A stretch of 63,524 nt of DNA, filler included, from Octopus bimaculoides (GCF_001194135.2; 8 parts of 6 records of this genome joined end to end with filler, not necessarily neighbours in it), one strand, 5' to 3'; counted from the whole stretch's first letter, positions 12,931 through 27,642 are shown. The notes: generated by a model from the sequence alone, not told the origin. Made by a program: numbers and translations.

Positions 12931-14295
12931 TTTGTGAGGAGAAATATTAATTCAGGAATTTCTCCATCAAATCGTATGCCTGGTGGGATCTATTACGCAC
13001 TACCATAATGAAGAATATTGCAATTAATCAACATTATCTATCAACAGATCTTTTGATACATAAATGCTTTGATATATACGAACAAAGTGCATAATGCAGG
13101 TGTGTGTGTGTGTGTGTGTGTGTGTCTGTTGGGATGTGTGGTCTGCACATTTTCTGCATGGATATACATGTGCATATACGTATGTATTCATATTCGCATT
13201 TCTATTCATAAATTTGTGCGTTGCTAGAACTAATGAAAAGAAGATACCAGTTAGGAGTCCTTTCCTTTGGACTGTAATGAATTCTTTTAAATTTAAAATC
13301 ACACACATCTTATAGATTCATTATATACTCATCCAAGACGAAGACGATTACCGACCTTCTATGCGGCAGAGAATTGTCTGCATGAGACAAACAGTGGCCT
13401 TGTTAACCCACAAATACAGTGTATGTGCGTGTGTGTGTGTGTGTGTGTGTATGTGTGTGTGTGTGTGCGTATGCGTGTGCGTTTGTGTGTGTATGACTGA
13501 ATATACGTATGAATGAAAGTGCGTATGTTCACATCTATGGATATGTTAGGAATCAGAAGATATACTAATACGTCTGCGATCGAGTGTCAACAACCTAAAG
13601 TCCAATGCTCATAGTACACGTAGAGTGCAGTACGGCTTCTGAAAACGGATACATATTTTCAAAATCTGATGAGAATAAATTCAAAATTGCACTATTGAGA
13701 AACAAAATCTGTTATTGGTTGGCAATATATATTCTCTCGTGAGTGTGTAAGCTATTATCCGTAAAGGAAAAAAAAAAAAATCTTGTGTGAGTTTACCAGT
13801 ATGCAGTGTGGCAAATCATATCAATTTATGTCTAGGTATACGTTAATGGTTAAGTGAGAATACTATTAAAACTGTATTTTTGTATATAGGCCTTTCAAAG
13901 GCAGTAGACATTTTAGAAAAAAATGAATTTAAAAATTGAATCATATAGAGATGGCAAATACAGATGAAAGCCGAAAATAAAAAGAAAAACAGAAAAAAAA
14001 GAAAGATGGTGAATGAGATCGACTTACCAACTGGATATGGTTGAATGCTTTTAAAATTGGAGTAATGTGTTTGACACGTTCACAGATTAATTTTCGTTTT
14101 GTCGTAAACATTTCATTGATTCGTGATTCATATTATATTGTTGAAAACAATTTTTCCCTCTCATTTTTTTCCTATTTTTATACGTTCTGACAAACAAATT
14201 AAAATTGAGATAAACGCCTACGCAGTGTATGTGCCGGAGTAATGGCTAAATCTATGTTGTACACGTGTGTGTGTGTGTGTGTGTTTGTATGTGTG

Positions 14296-14330
<35 letters not shown>

Positions 14331-14569
14331 NNNNNNNNNNNNNNNNNNNNNNNNNNNNNNNNNNNNNNNNNNNNNNNNNNNNNNNNNNNNNNNNNNNNNN
14401 NNNNNNNNNNNNNNNNNNNNNNNNNNNNNNNNNNNNNNNNNNNNNNNNNNNNNNNNNNNNNNNNNNNNNNNNNNNNNNNNNNNNNNNNNNNNNNNNNNNN
14501 NNNNNNNNNNNNNNNNNNNNNNNNNNNNNNNNNNNNNNNNNNNNNNNNNNNNNNNNNNNNNNNNNNNNN

Positions 14570-14618
<49 letters not shown>

Positions 14619-14619
14619 G

Positions 14620-14860
14620 TTGGATTTTACCCAAAAGAAATAAACAAAGCAAAAGATGAAGACGGGTGAGTAAACGACAAACAGATGTATTAGTTTAAGG
14701 CTTGGAAAGTGAGGAAGTCTTTTACGTTTCGAGCCTAAGTTCTTCCACAGAAATGAACGCAAATTAACAAAGAGAGAAAATAAAGAAAATGTTTAGTCGT
14801 TAGCGCTCAATCATGGTCAATGCCGGACAAAGGTGGTCAGACAGGAGACCTAGGAGCAAG
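14620..14860 (-). mobile_element. Short interspersed repeat with a Penelope-type GCTCGAAACGT minimal-hammerhead-like end
   Basis: Minus strand reads TTT-CTGTGGA-A-GAAC-TTAG-GCTC-GAAAC-GTA-AAA. Related decayed copies lie at 30236-30365 and about 50425-50474. Confidence 0.55.
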
Positions 14861-15708
14861 GGGAGATAATAAAGTAGTAGTGATCCCAAAACTAAGGTGC
14901 CCGTGGCTGTATGTGTGCGTGTGTACGTGCGTGTGAATCGGCTGGTGACCTTGACGTGTGTGCATGTGTAGGTGTGTGGTTGATGGTGTGGATGCTGGGA
15001 AGTGGTCAGTGCTAGTCTGTACGTGGTGGTGTGATGTGATGTGACATGGTAGTGTGTTGTTTGGTGGTGTGTTGTGGTGGTGTGTGGTGTGGCGGTGTAT
15101 CATGTGGTGTGTTGGTGTTGGCGTGTGGGGGAAGCAAATGTTCACTGTGGTGAGGGTGGGGATAGTAGTGTGAGAGCGGGATCTTAGTTTGAGGGTGGGG
15201 TCTGTGGGAGTAGGGTGTGAGGGTGGGGTATGTAAAGTATGTGGAGTATGTGGGAGTGGAATGTGTGGGATGGGGATGTGTTGGGATGGGGATGTGTTGG
15301 GATGGGCTGTATAGGGATGGTGGGGTTGGAATATGTAGGGGTAAGTAACGATGGAGGGTGACTATGTGGGGGTGGGTGGAAGATAAGAGGATACTAAATT
15401 ACATCTGACTTTAAGATTGTGAATAGAATGGCTCACAGTTGTGGTTGGCGTGGTGTTGGTAGTGGTAGCAGACGGATGAATTAGATGAGAGGGAACTGAA
15501 GGAGAACGAGGAATAGGAGGGATTAACAAACGGCAATGAGAACATAAGACAAGTATTAAATGGCAGTGATAGGAAAAGAAAAAAACAAAGAGGGAGAAAA
15601 GCAAACGTTGAAGGTAGAAGGCTTAAAAAGATGAGTAATATGTTTACGATGCCTTATTTACTACCTAATTAATCGTAATAAAAATCGGAAAGGAATATGA
15701 AAGCGAAA

Positions 15709-15940
15709 GGCGGAGAGCTGGCGGAAACGTTAGCACGCAGGGCCAAATACTAGCGAAATTTCGTCTGGCGTTACGTTCTGAGTTCAAATTCCGCCGAGGT
15801 CGACTTTGCCTTTCATGCTTTCGGGGTCGATAAATTAAGTACAAGTTACGCACTGGGGTCGATGTAATCGACTTAATACCTTTGTTTTTCCTTGTTTGTC
15901 CCCTCTGTGTTTAGACCCTTGTGGGCAATAAAGAAATAGG
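15709..15940 (+). mobile_element. Full-length family B SINE with a 16-bp target-site duplication
   Basis: Head GGCGGAGAGCTGGCGGAAACGTTAGC and B box GAGTTCAAATTCC. Flanks AGGAATATGAAAGCGA (15691-15706) and AGGAATATCAAAGCGA (15938-15953). Confidence 0.9.
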
Positions 15941-16039
15941 AATATCAAAGCGATGGATACAAAAACAAAACGGAAATCACCTCGTCAGCTATGCAGACCC
16001 AGAACCAGCAGACCTTCGGCATATTTAAAGTAAGAGGTG

Positions 16040-16117
<78 letters not shown>

Positions 16118-16777
16118 CTAAGTTACTGCATGTATCTATCTATTTATCTATCTAACTAACTAACTAACTATGTACGTATCTATCCATATTCTGAACGCAT
16201 AAAATCTGTCCCTAACCTTCATTTAGTGCCAGTACACTATTTTCTATTTGATGTCATTTATATACGTAACTTAATCATAAATTTCATCGCTATTATTGGG
16301 TGGTGTAAAGTACAAAGAAATATTGAAATATAGTATTATGCTACTACCGCAGTCACCTTATATATTTTATCAATATTTTATACCAAATTAGCGAATTTAA
16401 TTATTGAAGCGACGTGTAAGTCATAAATAGGACAACATACATAATATTCAGCTTCCTCTATCTGACCTATACTCAGTATGTTTCTGTCTGCTTAATTTCT
16501 GTACTTTCACTTTCACCTTCTTATTCTAATTGTACAAAGTGATATATAATTCATAAATTTCATTCCTACTTAATTGGCTAAATTATCTGTATTTATACAT
16601 CTCCGTGTATATATGCGTATACGCGTATGCGCAGCAATACAGGCTCTTATACGAATAGAGAAAGTAAGAATGATATAATTAAATATTTACATACATTCAT
16701 AAATCCATATATCGTTAGGTATACACATCTGTACCGATATATGTATGTTGTGCAGGGAGAGATGTATACACACATAC

Positions 16778-16905
<128 letters not shown>

Positions 16906-18442
16906 GTGAACTGAGAGTCAGTCTGAGTAAAGCAGAAGATAATCTTAACAAATCAACGAAGCATCGAAAGATTCTCGACAAAAGAAAGAAGTTCCAACTT
17001 ACATGGGACAGATAAAACGTCTGCAAATGTAATAATTAACAGAGATAATTAATAATTTTGCTCTTTTGGCAAAAGTTGGGTCCTAGTACTCTGAATGAAA
17101 GAACCGATCTGCATAACAAAGAAATTTGAAAGGGCGTTTATCAGTACCTACTGACTGAGGTCAAACGGTCAAATCCGTTCAACCACGTGGTCAGTCTTTA
17201 GTTGTACCAATGATAAAAAAACTGATGAAAAAAGGCATTGACAGACAGAGATAGGAGACCAAAGAAAAGAACGTTCATGCATTTTTTTTTATATTGCATA
17301 ACTTCGAAGCTATTTTTAACGGGATGGGAAATGAGGTCAGGTAGAGCTATCTTCAATAATCCAAGTAATGATATATTTGTATTGTATCTCGCTGTCTCCT
17401 TTGAAGCAAATTATCTAGTTAGTTTTGCTTTCAATGATTTTAAAAATTTTTCGATGTAGTTACAAATAACTTACGTTCTATATTTATATGAAATAAATAA
17501 ATGCCCATGCAATGCATGGCTTGCATAGTTCGAGCGCACGCTACTGGTATATGTTTACACAGAAAGATATATATATANNNNNNNNNNNNNNNNNNNNNNN
17601 NNNNNNNNNNNNNNNNNNNNNNNNNNNNNNNNNNNNNNNNNNNNNNNNNNNNNNNNNNNNNNNNNNNNNNNNNNNNNNNNNNNNNNNNNNNNNNNNNNNN
17701 NNNNNNNNNNNNNNNNNNNNNNNNNNNNNNNNNNNNNNNNNNNNNNNNNNNNNNNNNNNNNNNNNNNNNNNNNNNNNNNNNNNNNNNNNNNNNNNNNNNN
17801 NNNNNNNNNNNNNNNNNNNNNNNNNNNNNNNNNNNNNNNNNNNNNNNNNNNNNNNNNNNNNNNNNNNNNNNNNNNNNNNNNNNNNNNNNNNNNNNNNNNN
17901 NNNNNNNNNNNNNNNNNNNNNNNNNNNNNNNNNNNNNNNNNNNNNNNNNNNNNNNNNNNNNNNNNNNNNNNNNNNNNNNNNNNNNNNNNNNNNNNNNNNN
18001 NNNNNNNNNNNNNNNNNNNNNNNNNNNNNNNNNNNNNNNNNNNNNNNNNNNNNNNNNNNNNNNNNNNNNNNNNNNNNNNNNNNNNNNNNNTATATATATA
18101 AAAGCATACATATATGCGTGTGCGTACGTGTGTGTATGTACGTGTGTGTGTGTGCTAGTTGTTGTTTATACAGTTTCCACTGATATTTTTTTAATGATGC
18201 AGTGAGGTTGGCGAGGATATCTTTGAAAAAACGAAAATTCCAGCTCTCATAAGAAAACTAGAAATTATGGTTCTCGCTTTATAACTTCCGTAATGCCCTT
18301 TATATTTATTTTGTTACGATATGCGTTTCCCTACTTATCATTGAAGAACAAGGACCATAAAAATCTGCTTAATGCGATACACTCTCCTGTATTGTTTTTA
18401 CAAACGCACAAACACACAGAAATGCAGACACATGAGCACACG

Positions 18443-18496
<54 letters not shown>

Positions 18497-18964
18497 CGTG
18501 TGCGTGCGTGTGAGTGTATGTGTGCGTACGAGTGAGAAAGACTTTGTCAGTTGATTATGGCGTTCACCAATCAACTGCCAAAACTAATTGATAATGCGAA
18601 ACAAGAGATCCTGAAGATTATCGTGCTCTTCTATTGGTGATCTATAAAAACTACTTGAACCAGAAGTCACTTGTATAGGGTGTGCGTAACTGCTCTTCCC
18701 TACACTGTATTTTCAACGTGCCTCAAGGATCTGAAATCATGGTGTTTCGTTGTCACATTTGAATGTTGTTCCCGATGACACAAACAAATGTCCGACTTAC
18801 TGGGAACCAAGTTCTTCAGGCTTTAGTAATTTATGAAGACCATAAATGCGCGAGCGACGCTTCAAATACATTTTTGTTACATTATCGGTTGATTATTTGT
18901 TAATGTGTGTGTGTGTGTGTGTGTATGCGTGTGTGTGTGTGTGTGTGTCTGTGTGTGCATGTGT

Positions 18965-19056
<92 letters not shown>

Positions 19057-19269
19057 TGCTTTGGATATTATTCACTACATTGATTACATTTTTCTGACAT
19101 TATCGATTGATTTTTGTTAATATTTCTCATCCAAAATAGGTTTCTAAGATAAAGAAATTGTTTTCTAACACAATTTACTAATCAAAAGTTACAAACTTTG
19201 ATTACTGCGACCTGAATAGAAGGCATTGATAAAAATATGTTCCTGTAAATTAAATATCATGTCATCATT

Positions 19270-20435
19270 GTTCAAAATTCAAAGCTTGAACTTGCGTTTA
19301 TTCGAACCTCTAGGGTGCGGAGCAGCAGGAATGTCTCTCTTCAGAGACCAACAGTAATCTGCCATCATGACTGCATCCTAGCGTCTCTGATACCTGGTCT
19401 CCATCTCTTTCATGTCCTGATGGAATCTCTCTCCCGACTCGTCGCTTATTGATCCCAATTTTTCAGGAAACCGGTCCATATGTGAGAATAAGTAATGCAT
19501 TTTAACGCTCATGTTGCATCCGAGATTTCTGAAAGCACTCAGCTATTGTTGACAAGCTCCATGTAGTTCCTACCCTTGTTGTTGCCAAGAAAATTCTTCA
19601 CGACCAGGACAAAAGACTTCCACGCTTCCAGTTCCACTTCGCTCATTTATGTTTTCAAACTCAGGCTATCTGACCATCAGAGATCAACTTCTCAATGGTC
19701 AATCCTGAAAAAGCCTGGCATAAATAAGTGAAGCCGCCACCATCCTTATCCAGAGCTTTGGTGAACTGCTTCATCAAGCCGAGCTTCATGTGCAGTGGTG
19801 GGAAGAGTATTCTGTCTGTCCACAGAAGGTTGTTTATGAGGTTCTTAGCTCTGCAAGTCCAGTCCTTCTTCTTGTAATGCCGAGCAGTGTTCCTTCTATC
19901 CCACATGCAAAGAAAGCATGGGTACTTGGTGAACCCAGTATGTTGTCCCAACCAACAACATATTCACCATCTTCGGGTCAACAAAAACAAACCACTAATG
20001 CTGATTATAACGAATTTTCTCCCGCATATACTTCACCGCGTCTTATTTCTCATGCTAAGCATCTTTTACGAAACGTGACTGGATTCATGTTAGGAACAAT
20101 GGTGTATTCACCGAGATATAGCAGAATCCGTTGGGCTTACATTTAGTGGTGGAAGCTATTTCATTCACCTGTTAGTTAAAAATACCAATTTGTCATAAAT
20201 AGGCGCATGCAAACTCTACCGTCTTCGTTTATTTCAAGAAATAAAAAAATAATTTTTCATCGTATAAAGCAAAAATACCCGTACATGTAAACAAAGACGT
20301 AAAAAATAACATGTGGACATAGTTCAAAAAGCTGACCTGGCTGAGCAAAACTAATGTCAATTTTGAATTTAGCACATCAGAACAGTCTTAAATCAGCTAA
20401 AAAAAATTAGGCAATAATTTTGTTGTTGACCAGTG
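19270..20435 (-). mobile_element. Chapaev3-like (CMC) DNA transposon remnant, internally deleted transposase pseudogene
   Basis: Minus frames give GFTKYPCFLCMWD, PPLHMKLGLMKQFTKALD, EAWKSFVLVVKNFLGNNK, SDESGERFHQDMKEMETRYQ and AVMMADYCWSLKRD. The terminus reads CACTGGTCAACAA and abuts TTA. Family name is from recall of these motifs. Confidence 0.7.
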
Positions 20436-21017
20436 TTATCCATGAAAGGCNNNNNNNNNNNNNNNNNNNNNNNNNNNNNNNNNNNNNNNNNNNNNNNNNN
20501 NNNNNNNNNNNNNNNNNNNNNNNNNNNNNNNNNNNNNNNNNNNNNNNNNNNNNNNNNNNNNNNNNNNNNNNNNNNNNNNNNNNNNNNNNNNNNNNNNNNN
20601 NNNNNNNNNNNNNNNNNNNNNNNNNNNNNNNNNNNNNNNNNNNNNNNNNNNNNNNNNNNNNNNNNNNNNNNNNNNNNNNNNNNNNNNNNNNNNNNNNNNN
20701 NNNNNNNNNNNNNNNNNNNNNNNNNNNNNNNNNNNNNNNNNNNNNNNNNNNNNNNNNNNNNNNNNNNNNNNNNNNNNNNNNNNNNNNNNNNNNNNNATGT
20801 ATGTATGTATGTATGTATATATGTGTGTATGTATGTATGTATGCATGCATGCATGCATGCATGCATGTATGTATGTATGTATGTATTTATGTATGTATGT
20901 ATGTATATATATATGTACGTACGTACGTACGTATGTATGTATGCATGTATGTATGTACGTATGTCTGTTTGGATGAATACGCGTGTATAATACGTATTTT
21001 GCTTGGTAGATCGATAG

Positions 21018-21072
<55 letters not shown>

Positions 21073-24000
21073 ACATAGGTCAATACGTATGCATATGTTC
21101 GTAAGTACGTTACTATGTTACTAGAGTTGCAAGTTATATACATTTAAGTCAAGTTTAGATAATATATTCAGTTGGTCTATGTTCGTATTTTCAATCATTA
21201 TTGCGTAATAATTGTATTAAGAACATTGTTTTTATTCAAATACGTCAATGACATTATAGGCTGCTTATGACAACACATTGCTCTGTTAATGTAGGAATCG
21301 TTCAAAATATGCGTCATAGGAATATGCGCTATAGTTTGTTCTCGGTGAGGTGAGTTCCATGTTGCTAATCCATTGGTTGAGTTCAAATATTGCAAAATGA
21401 TTCCAATAGCAATGAACATAATATAAACTGATGAAATATTCGTATTTCCATTTAAGTATGTTTCAGAAAATTTGGCATTGTCTAATATTTCATATCAATA
21501 TGTTGATAATGCGTGACAGGAAAAAAAAATGCATACGTAACAACTTTCATTCATCCATACATACCTACATACTGATACATATAAGAGAACCTATATACAA
21601 AATGTGTGTGTGTGTGTGTGTGAGTATTAGTGTAAATATATGAATATATATGCATGCACACATGTGTACTTATATAAGAGCACTCTCCTACATACATGTA
21701 AGCGCGTAAATAGATATATACAGACAGGGATATACTTACATACATACATATATAGGCGAACGATATCAATGGATGCCTTTCGATGTTGGTTTCTTTCATG
21801 TAGTTTTTGAGGATTATCGAGCTTTCATTATGCTATAAACACATTGTTTGTTGCATTTTATCATTATTAATAGTCCTGTCGCACGCACACACGCACTAAT
21901 ATATACATTAGTGCGCGTACACACACGCGTATTAAGAAACTCACACACAGACGCACATACACAAACATAAATATATATATAAATGTATATCTACACACAC
22001 ATGTGTATATACATATAAATATAGGTACATATATGTGTGTATGTGCATGTATGTATGTATATATATATATATATACTCATATACACAAAGACACAACACA
22101 CACAGGCATGAACATGACTGATCGTGATAAAATTCAACAAAAATGTTATAAATTGACACACACACAACGTGTGCTGTGCGTGTAGCATTTTGGAATGTGT
22201 CGTTGTACGTGAGCACATGCGTGTATGCAGTAAATTGTGAGACTGTGCGTGCATATGAATACGTGTGTATGTGCGTCGTGCGGAATACCTGTCTCTATTT
22301 TATGCGTTCATATTAAAATGGGGCCATTAAAGCCGATCATTGCCTTTCTCCACTGCATAATTCTCTCCTCCTATTTCTTCATTTATGAAATCATCGATTA
22401 CTACTCTAGTCATAACGTAAAGCATTCCCTTTGATCAAGCATCCATTCGCGGCCGACTGCTTTATCGCAACTACTCGTTGCACTTGGAAACACTGTTAGG
22501 GAAACATAAAAGAAATATCACTTAATGAATGATTGTGGATCGCTAGAAATCGGTGTTTGGTAATGCTTTTGTAGTAAGAGAGCAAGAAAGAAAGTGAAGT
22601 GATTCTTAATGTGTTAGAGCTAAGGGAATAACAGTAACGGAATGCTGAATGGTATAAGAGCCATTGAGGAAGAGGAAATAAATTAAAGGAAACTTTCAAA
22701 GTGTGAGAGAAAGCAGAACGTAGAATGGTGTCTCTAGAAAAAGAGATATGACAGAAGCATGTAACTGAATGTGTTGGAGACCTGGTTGGTTGATTAGCGT
22801 GAGGGAACCATGGAAGACACAGTGGAATAAATACAGAGAGCGAGCTAAAGTGTCAGAATGAAAATGTATATGTGTGTGTGTATGTGTGTGTGAGTATGTG
22901 TATGTGTGTGTACATATATACATATGTATTTGTATATATATATTTATCTTTTAGGTATATATATATATNNNNNNNNNNNNNNNNNNNNNNNNNNNNNNNN
23001 NNNNNNNNNNNNNNNNNNNNNNNNNNNNNNNNNNNNNNNNNNNNNNNNNNNNNNNNNNNNNNNNNNNNNNNNNNNNNNNNNNNNNNNNNNNNNNNNNNNN
23101 NNNNNNNNNNNNNNNNNNNNNNNNNNNNNNNNNNNNNNNNNNNNNNNNNNNNNNNNNNNNNNNNNNNNNNNNNNNNNNNNNNNNNNNNNNNNNNNNNNNN
23201 NNNNNNNNNNNNNNNNNNNNNNNNNNNNNNNNNNNNNNNNNNNNNNNNNNNNNNNNNNNNNNNNNNNNNNNNNNNNNNNNNNNNNNNNNNNNNNNNNNNN
23301 NNNNNNNNNNNNNNNNNNNNNNNNNNNNNNNNNNNNNNNNNNNNNNNNNNNNNNNNNNNNNNNNNNNNNNNNNNNNNNNNNNNNNNNNNNNNNNNNNNNN
23401 NNNNNNNNNNNNNNNNNNNNNNNNNNNNNNNNNNNNNNNNNNNNNNNNNNNNNNNNNNNNNNNNNNNNNNNNNNNNNNNNNNNNNNNNNNNNNNNNNNNN
23501 NNNNNNNNNNNNNNNNNNNNNNNNNNNNNNNNNNNNNNNNNNNNNNNNNNNNNNNNNNNNNNNNNNNNNNNNNNNNNNNNNNNNNNNNNNNNNNNNNNNN
23601 NNNNNNNNNNNNNNNNNNNNNNNNNNNNNNNNNNNNNNNNNNNNNNNNNNNNNNNNNNNNNNNNNNNNNNNNNNNNNNNNNNNNNNNNNNNNNNNNNNNN
23701 NNNNNNNNNNNNNNNNNNNNNNNNNNNNNNNNNNNNNNNNNNNNNNTATATATATATATACAGATGAAAAGTGAGATGAGTGACTGTTGTCGATTGTAGC
23801 TCGCGATGGAGAGAAAATGAAAGAGACCAGAATGAGACTTCGCAAGACCAAGCGGCGCGACAATGCACATGGAAAGGAAATACCACAAACGTAAAGAATT
23901 GTGAGGAGACCATAAGTATATTATCGGGAATGGAGACTGCTTAAATGTTCACATCTCTGTAAATAGAACATGCTTATACATATACACTCATACGTACATA

Positions 24001-27000
24001 TGTACATATATGTATCTCTGTGTGCATGTGGGTATGTGTGTACATAACTGCATGCACGCATAAATGAATACAATCATACTCATACGCGCACATACTTCTA
24101 TATATGTGTGGGTATATACATGTATAAATATATAAATATACCTATCTATATATCTATCTACCTATGTATATATATATATATATATATAACTATATATGTA
24201 CGTAAGTATATATATATATATATATTTATTTATTTATTTATTTATGTGTTTCAGCCAAGTGGCTGCGGTCATGCTGGTGCACCACCGTGATTTTCACGTT
24301 CCTTGCATGGCTCTTCTCCCCCACCTGACATGGTCCAATCAAGAGTTCTGATGGCACATCTGGTGTATAAGAGAATTTGACNNNNNNNNNNNNNNNNNNN
24401 NNNNNNNNNNNNNNNNNNNNNNNNNNNNNNNNNNNNNNNNNNNNNNNNNNNNNNNNNNNNNNNNNNNNNNNNNNNNNNNNNNNNNNNNNNNNNNNNNNNN
24501 NNNNNNNNNNNNNNNNNNNNNNNNNNNNNNNNNNNNNNNNNNNNNNNNNNNNNNNNNNNNNNNNNNNNNNNNNNNNNNNNNNNNNNNNNNNNNNNNNNNN
24601 NNNNNNNNNNNNNNNNNNNNNNNNNNNNNNNNNNNNNNNNNNNNNNNNNNNNACCGAGGCTGCTGCAGTATCTCGTTCTTATGCGAGATGCAGTGGACGG
24701 TACCTTATATATATATATATATATATATACGTGCGTGTGTGTGTGTATGTGTGGGTGTAAGGGTGTATGTATACATGAATATATATGTATATTTTTGTAT
24801 AACGACTTGCTTAACTTACTTATCTTTAGAGAGAGAGAGAAAGAGAGAGGGGAGAGAGAGATTGAGAGAGAAATATATACTCACACACATATAGACACAT
24901 AAATGTATACTGAAATATATATGTTTACATATACATACATGCATACATAAATATAGATACATACATGCATACGTACATATATCAGTGCGTGTGTATAGAG
25001 AGGGGGTGCGAACAATATGAGGTTGTTTAATATAGACGAATCTAAGAAACCGATACGGTGTATAGATAACCGTGAAGAACAGAAAGATTTAGAATAATAC
25101 CGTTAAATTAATGTTTCTTTCGGTAAAAAAAAAAAGAGAAGAAACGAAAGACAGGTATATGATCTTATAAGGACATATACACGCACAGCACATTGGATTT
25201 TACGAAATAGCTATAGATAGATTAACATGATGAGAGGGAGATTAAATGAGTGAGAGATGGTTATGAGCTGATATATATTGATATAACGATAAGAATGGTG
25301 AGAAACACAAAAAGAAATTGTTATAAAAAAGTAAAGAATGAGAAAGCATTATGAATTGTTGGAATGGCGAGGAGAAAAGAATGGGAGAATCGAATCATGG
25401 CGCAAGAATATATATGTTGATAAAAAGAAAAGCAAAAACAAAACACGATTAGTGTGGGCAGCGTACATAAGAAAAAAACAGAAAGAAACGGAGAAATAAA
25501 GATGGTATTTGTGAGAATGAGAGGTATTACAGAGAAAGTGACAGAGTAGTTTAGGATAACCATAGGCAGAAAAAGGAAAAATAAGAGAATAGAATGAGAG
25601 AATATAATATAAGCAGACAGAAAAATTAAGTGTAAAACGAAATGCAGAAACGCATTCTGCTCATCTAAATGTATATGTGAGTGTGGGTATTTTGAAGAAC
25701 AATATATAGGATCGGGCTAATATGTATGCATGTATGTATGTATGTATGTATGTATGTATGTGTATATATATTCGTGTGTGTGTGTGTGTGTGTGAGTATA
25801 TATACATATATATGTGTGTGTGTTATTAATATATAAGTATGCATAGATCTATAAACACGTATGCATATGTATATGCATATATATAAATATATGTGTGTAT
25901 ATATATATATGTATGTATATCTGTATATATATAAATGTATATATGTATATATGTATATATGTATATACATATATGTATATATATATGTATATATGTATAT
26001 ATATAAATATACATNNNNNNNNNNNNNNNNNNNNNNNNNNNNNNNNNNNNNNNNNNNNTTAATTAATTAANNNNNNNNNNNNNNNNNNNNNNNNNNNNNN
26101 NNNNNNNNNNNNNNAACCCATGCTAGCATGGAAAGCGGATGTTAAACGACGATGATGATGATGTATATAGGTATATATATGTATTATTACCTCCAGACAT
26201 GCCTATGTTTTGGCACCCCCATAAATCTATCCTTATAATATACAGGCTATAAAATTAACTTTCCCTTAGTCTAGATTGGATTGTAGTTACTATAGAGATA
26301 AGCTTATCAAGTAAATTTGAATATTTTCGACTTTAGATAATGGATATATCAAATATTTTCTTTAACTCTTATTATTTATTGTGATTACTAAATCACATAT
26401 TTAAATTGAAATTTTTGATCTCTCACCTTAATGTATAATCTTCCTGTGAAAACTAAAATTTCAACTTTATCCATGGATGGTATATGCTTTTACTTAAATT
26501 TTTCCATATCACATTTGCTATTGCTGTTTGTTTAGTGTGTATCTTACTTAATTTTAATGAATAAGATGTTTTGAAATTTCTTGATATTTTTTTAATAGTT
26601 TTTAAACCTTTAAAAATTTTATTTGATGCCTGGCCCTAAAGGATTCATGTTATTCCATTGTTGTTGTCGTATTATCATTGTTATTTATGGGTGACTTAAA
26701 TAAATCTAATCCTTGTTCCATTATTATTTTGTACTTAGCCTATGTTAGTTAATACCAGTTCCTGATAATTTAAGATAGTGTGATCTAATTGAATTAGTAC
26801 ATAATTATCATGTTCTCTATTAGTTGTTTAGTTCACCATTATATTCTATGTTAATTCCAACCATTCTTTTTATCAGTTTCTTAAACCTTAATGAGTCCAT
26901 CATTATAAACCATGTAACTCCTATGTATCAATTCTTTACATTAGTTATATAATAAATGTTATCTCTTATGTGTCCTTTAAATGATATTAGATATATAAGT

Positions 27001-27642
27001 TTAATTTTAAAATTTTAGTCCAATATATACAAAAAAAATTTTAATTTCACATCTTATCTATGATTCTTTATATTAGTGTAAATAAGTCTAAATGTACTTC
27101 ACCATAGCATTTTAAATTAATACCACTTCATGGTTTTTGCATACTGCATTAATTGATTATTTACATTACTATTCACTATTTCTTTTTATTTCATTATTAA
27201 TTTTTAATTAGCTTTTATTTATTCACATATTAATTAAGGAAATATTGGTATCTCAAGTATTTCAAACTTAGCATATGTAAAACAATACTGATACATTATT
27301 CTAATTAATGAAAACTATGAATAGCCATTTGCTATATCTGTACACAATATAGCAACCTTATTTTATACACTTTTGACCTAGGTGCCTTATGTTAAAACTT
27401 CCCCTGCTCCATTATAAACTGGTCTGCTAGTAGAGACCTCCCCTCCATAGTAGTTTGTCACTAAACCCCAAGAAATTTTCTAACTATATCATCCATGTTT
27501 ACTGTCTATACTGTTTACCCCTTTCCCTACAAAGCTTTGAATCACTAGGTCTGATAGGATAGTCCATAAATCAGAAACAAAAAACAAATAAAATCAGTGA
27601 CAGTTAAAAAATCTGCTTAGAATTATTTACTAACCTGTATGG

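Noticed and set aside
13655-13730. CTGATGA...GAAAC hammerhead candidate
   Set aside because: Stem II does not close next to GAAA and stem I pairing is negligible, so it is a chance match.
14029-14112. Minus-strand MFTTKRKLICERVKHITPILKAFNHIQL ending at GTAAGT
   Set aside because: It is short, has no recognisable homology and has no supporting acceptor or promoter.
18803-18872. RIYGLHKLLKP resembling the Penelope RT motif YGLPKIHKP
   Set aside because: Only a single short motif, with no flanking RT similarity.
21295-21349. + strand exon candidate ending at GAG|GTGAGT, as possible exon 1 of the MIA-family gene
   Set aside because: It encodes no signal peptide or CxDxxC, and the phase does not fit.
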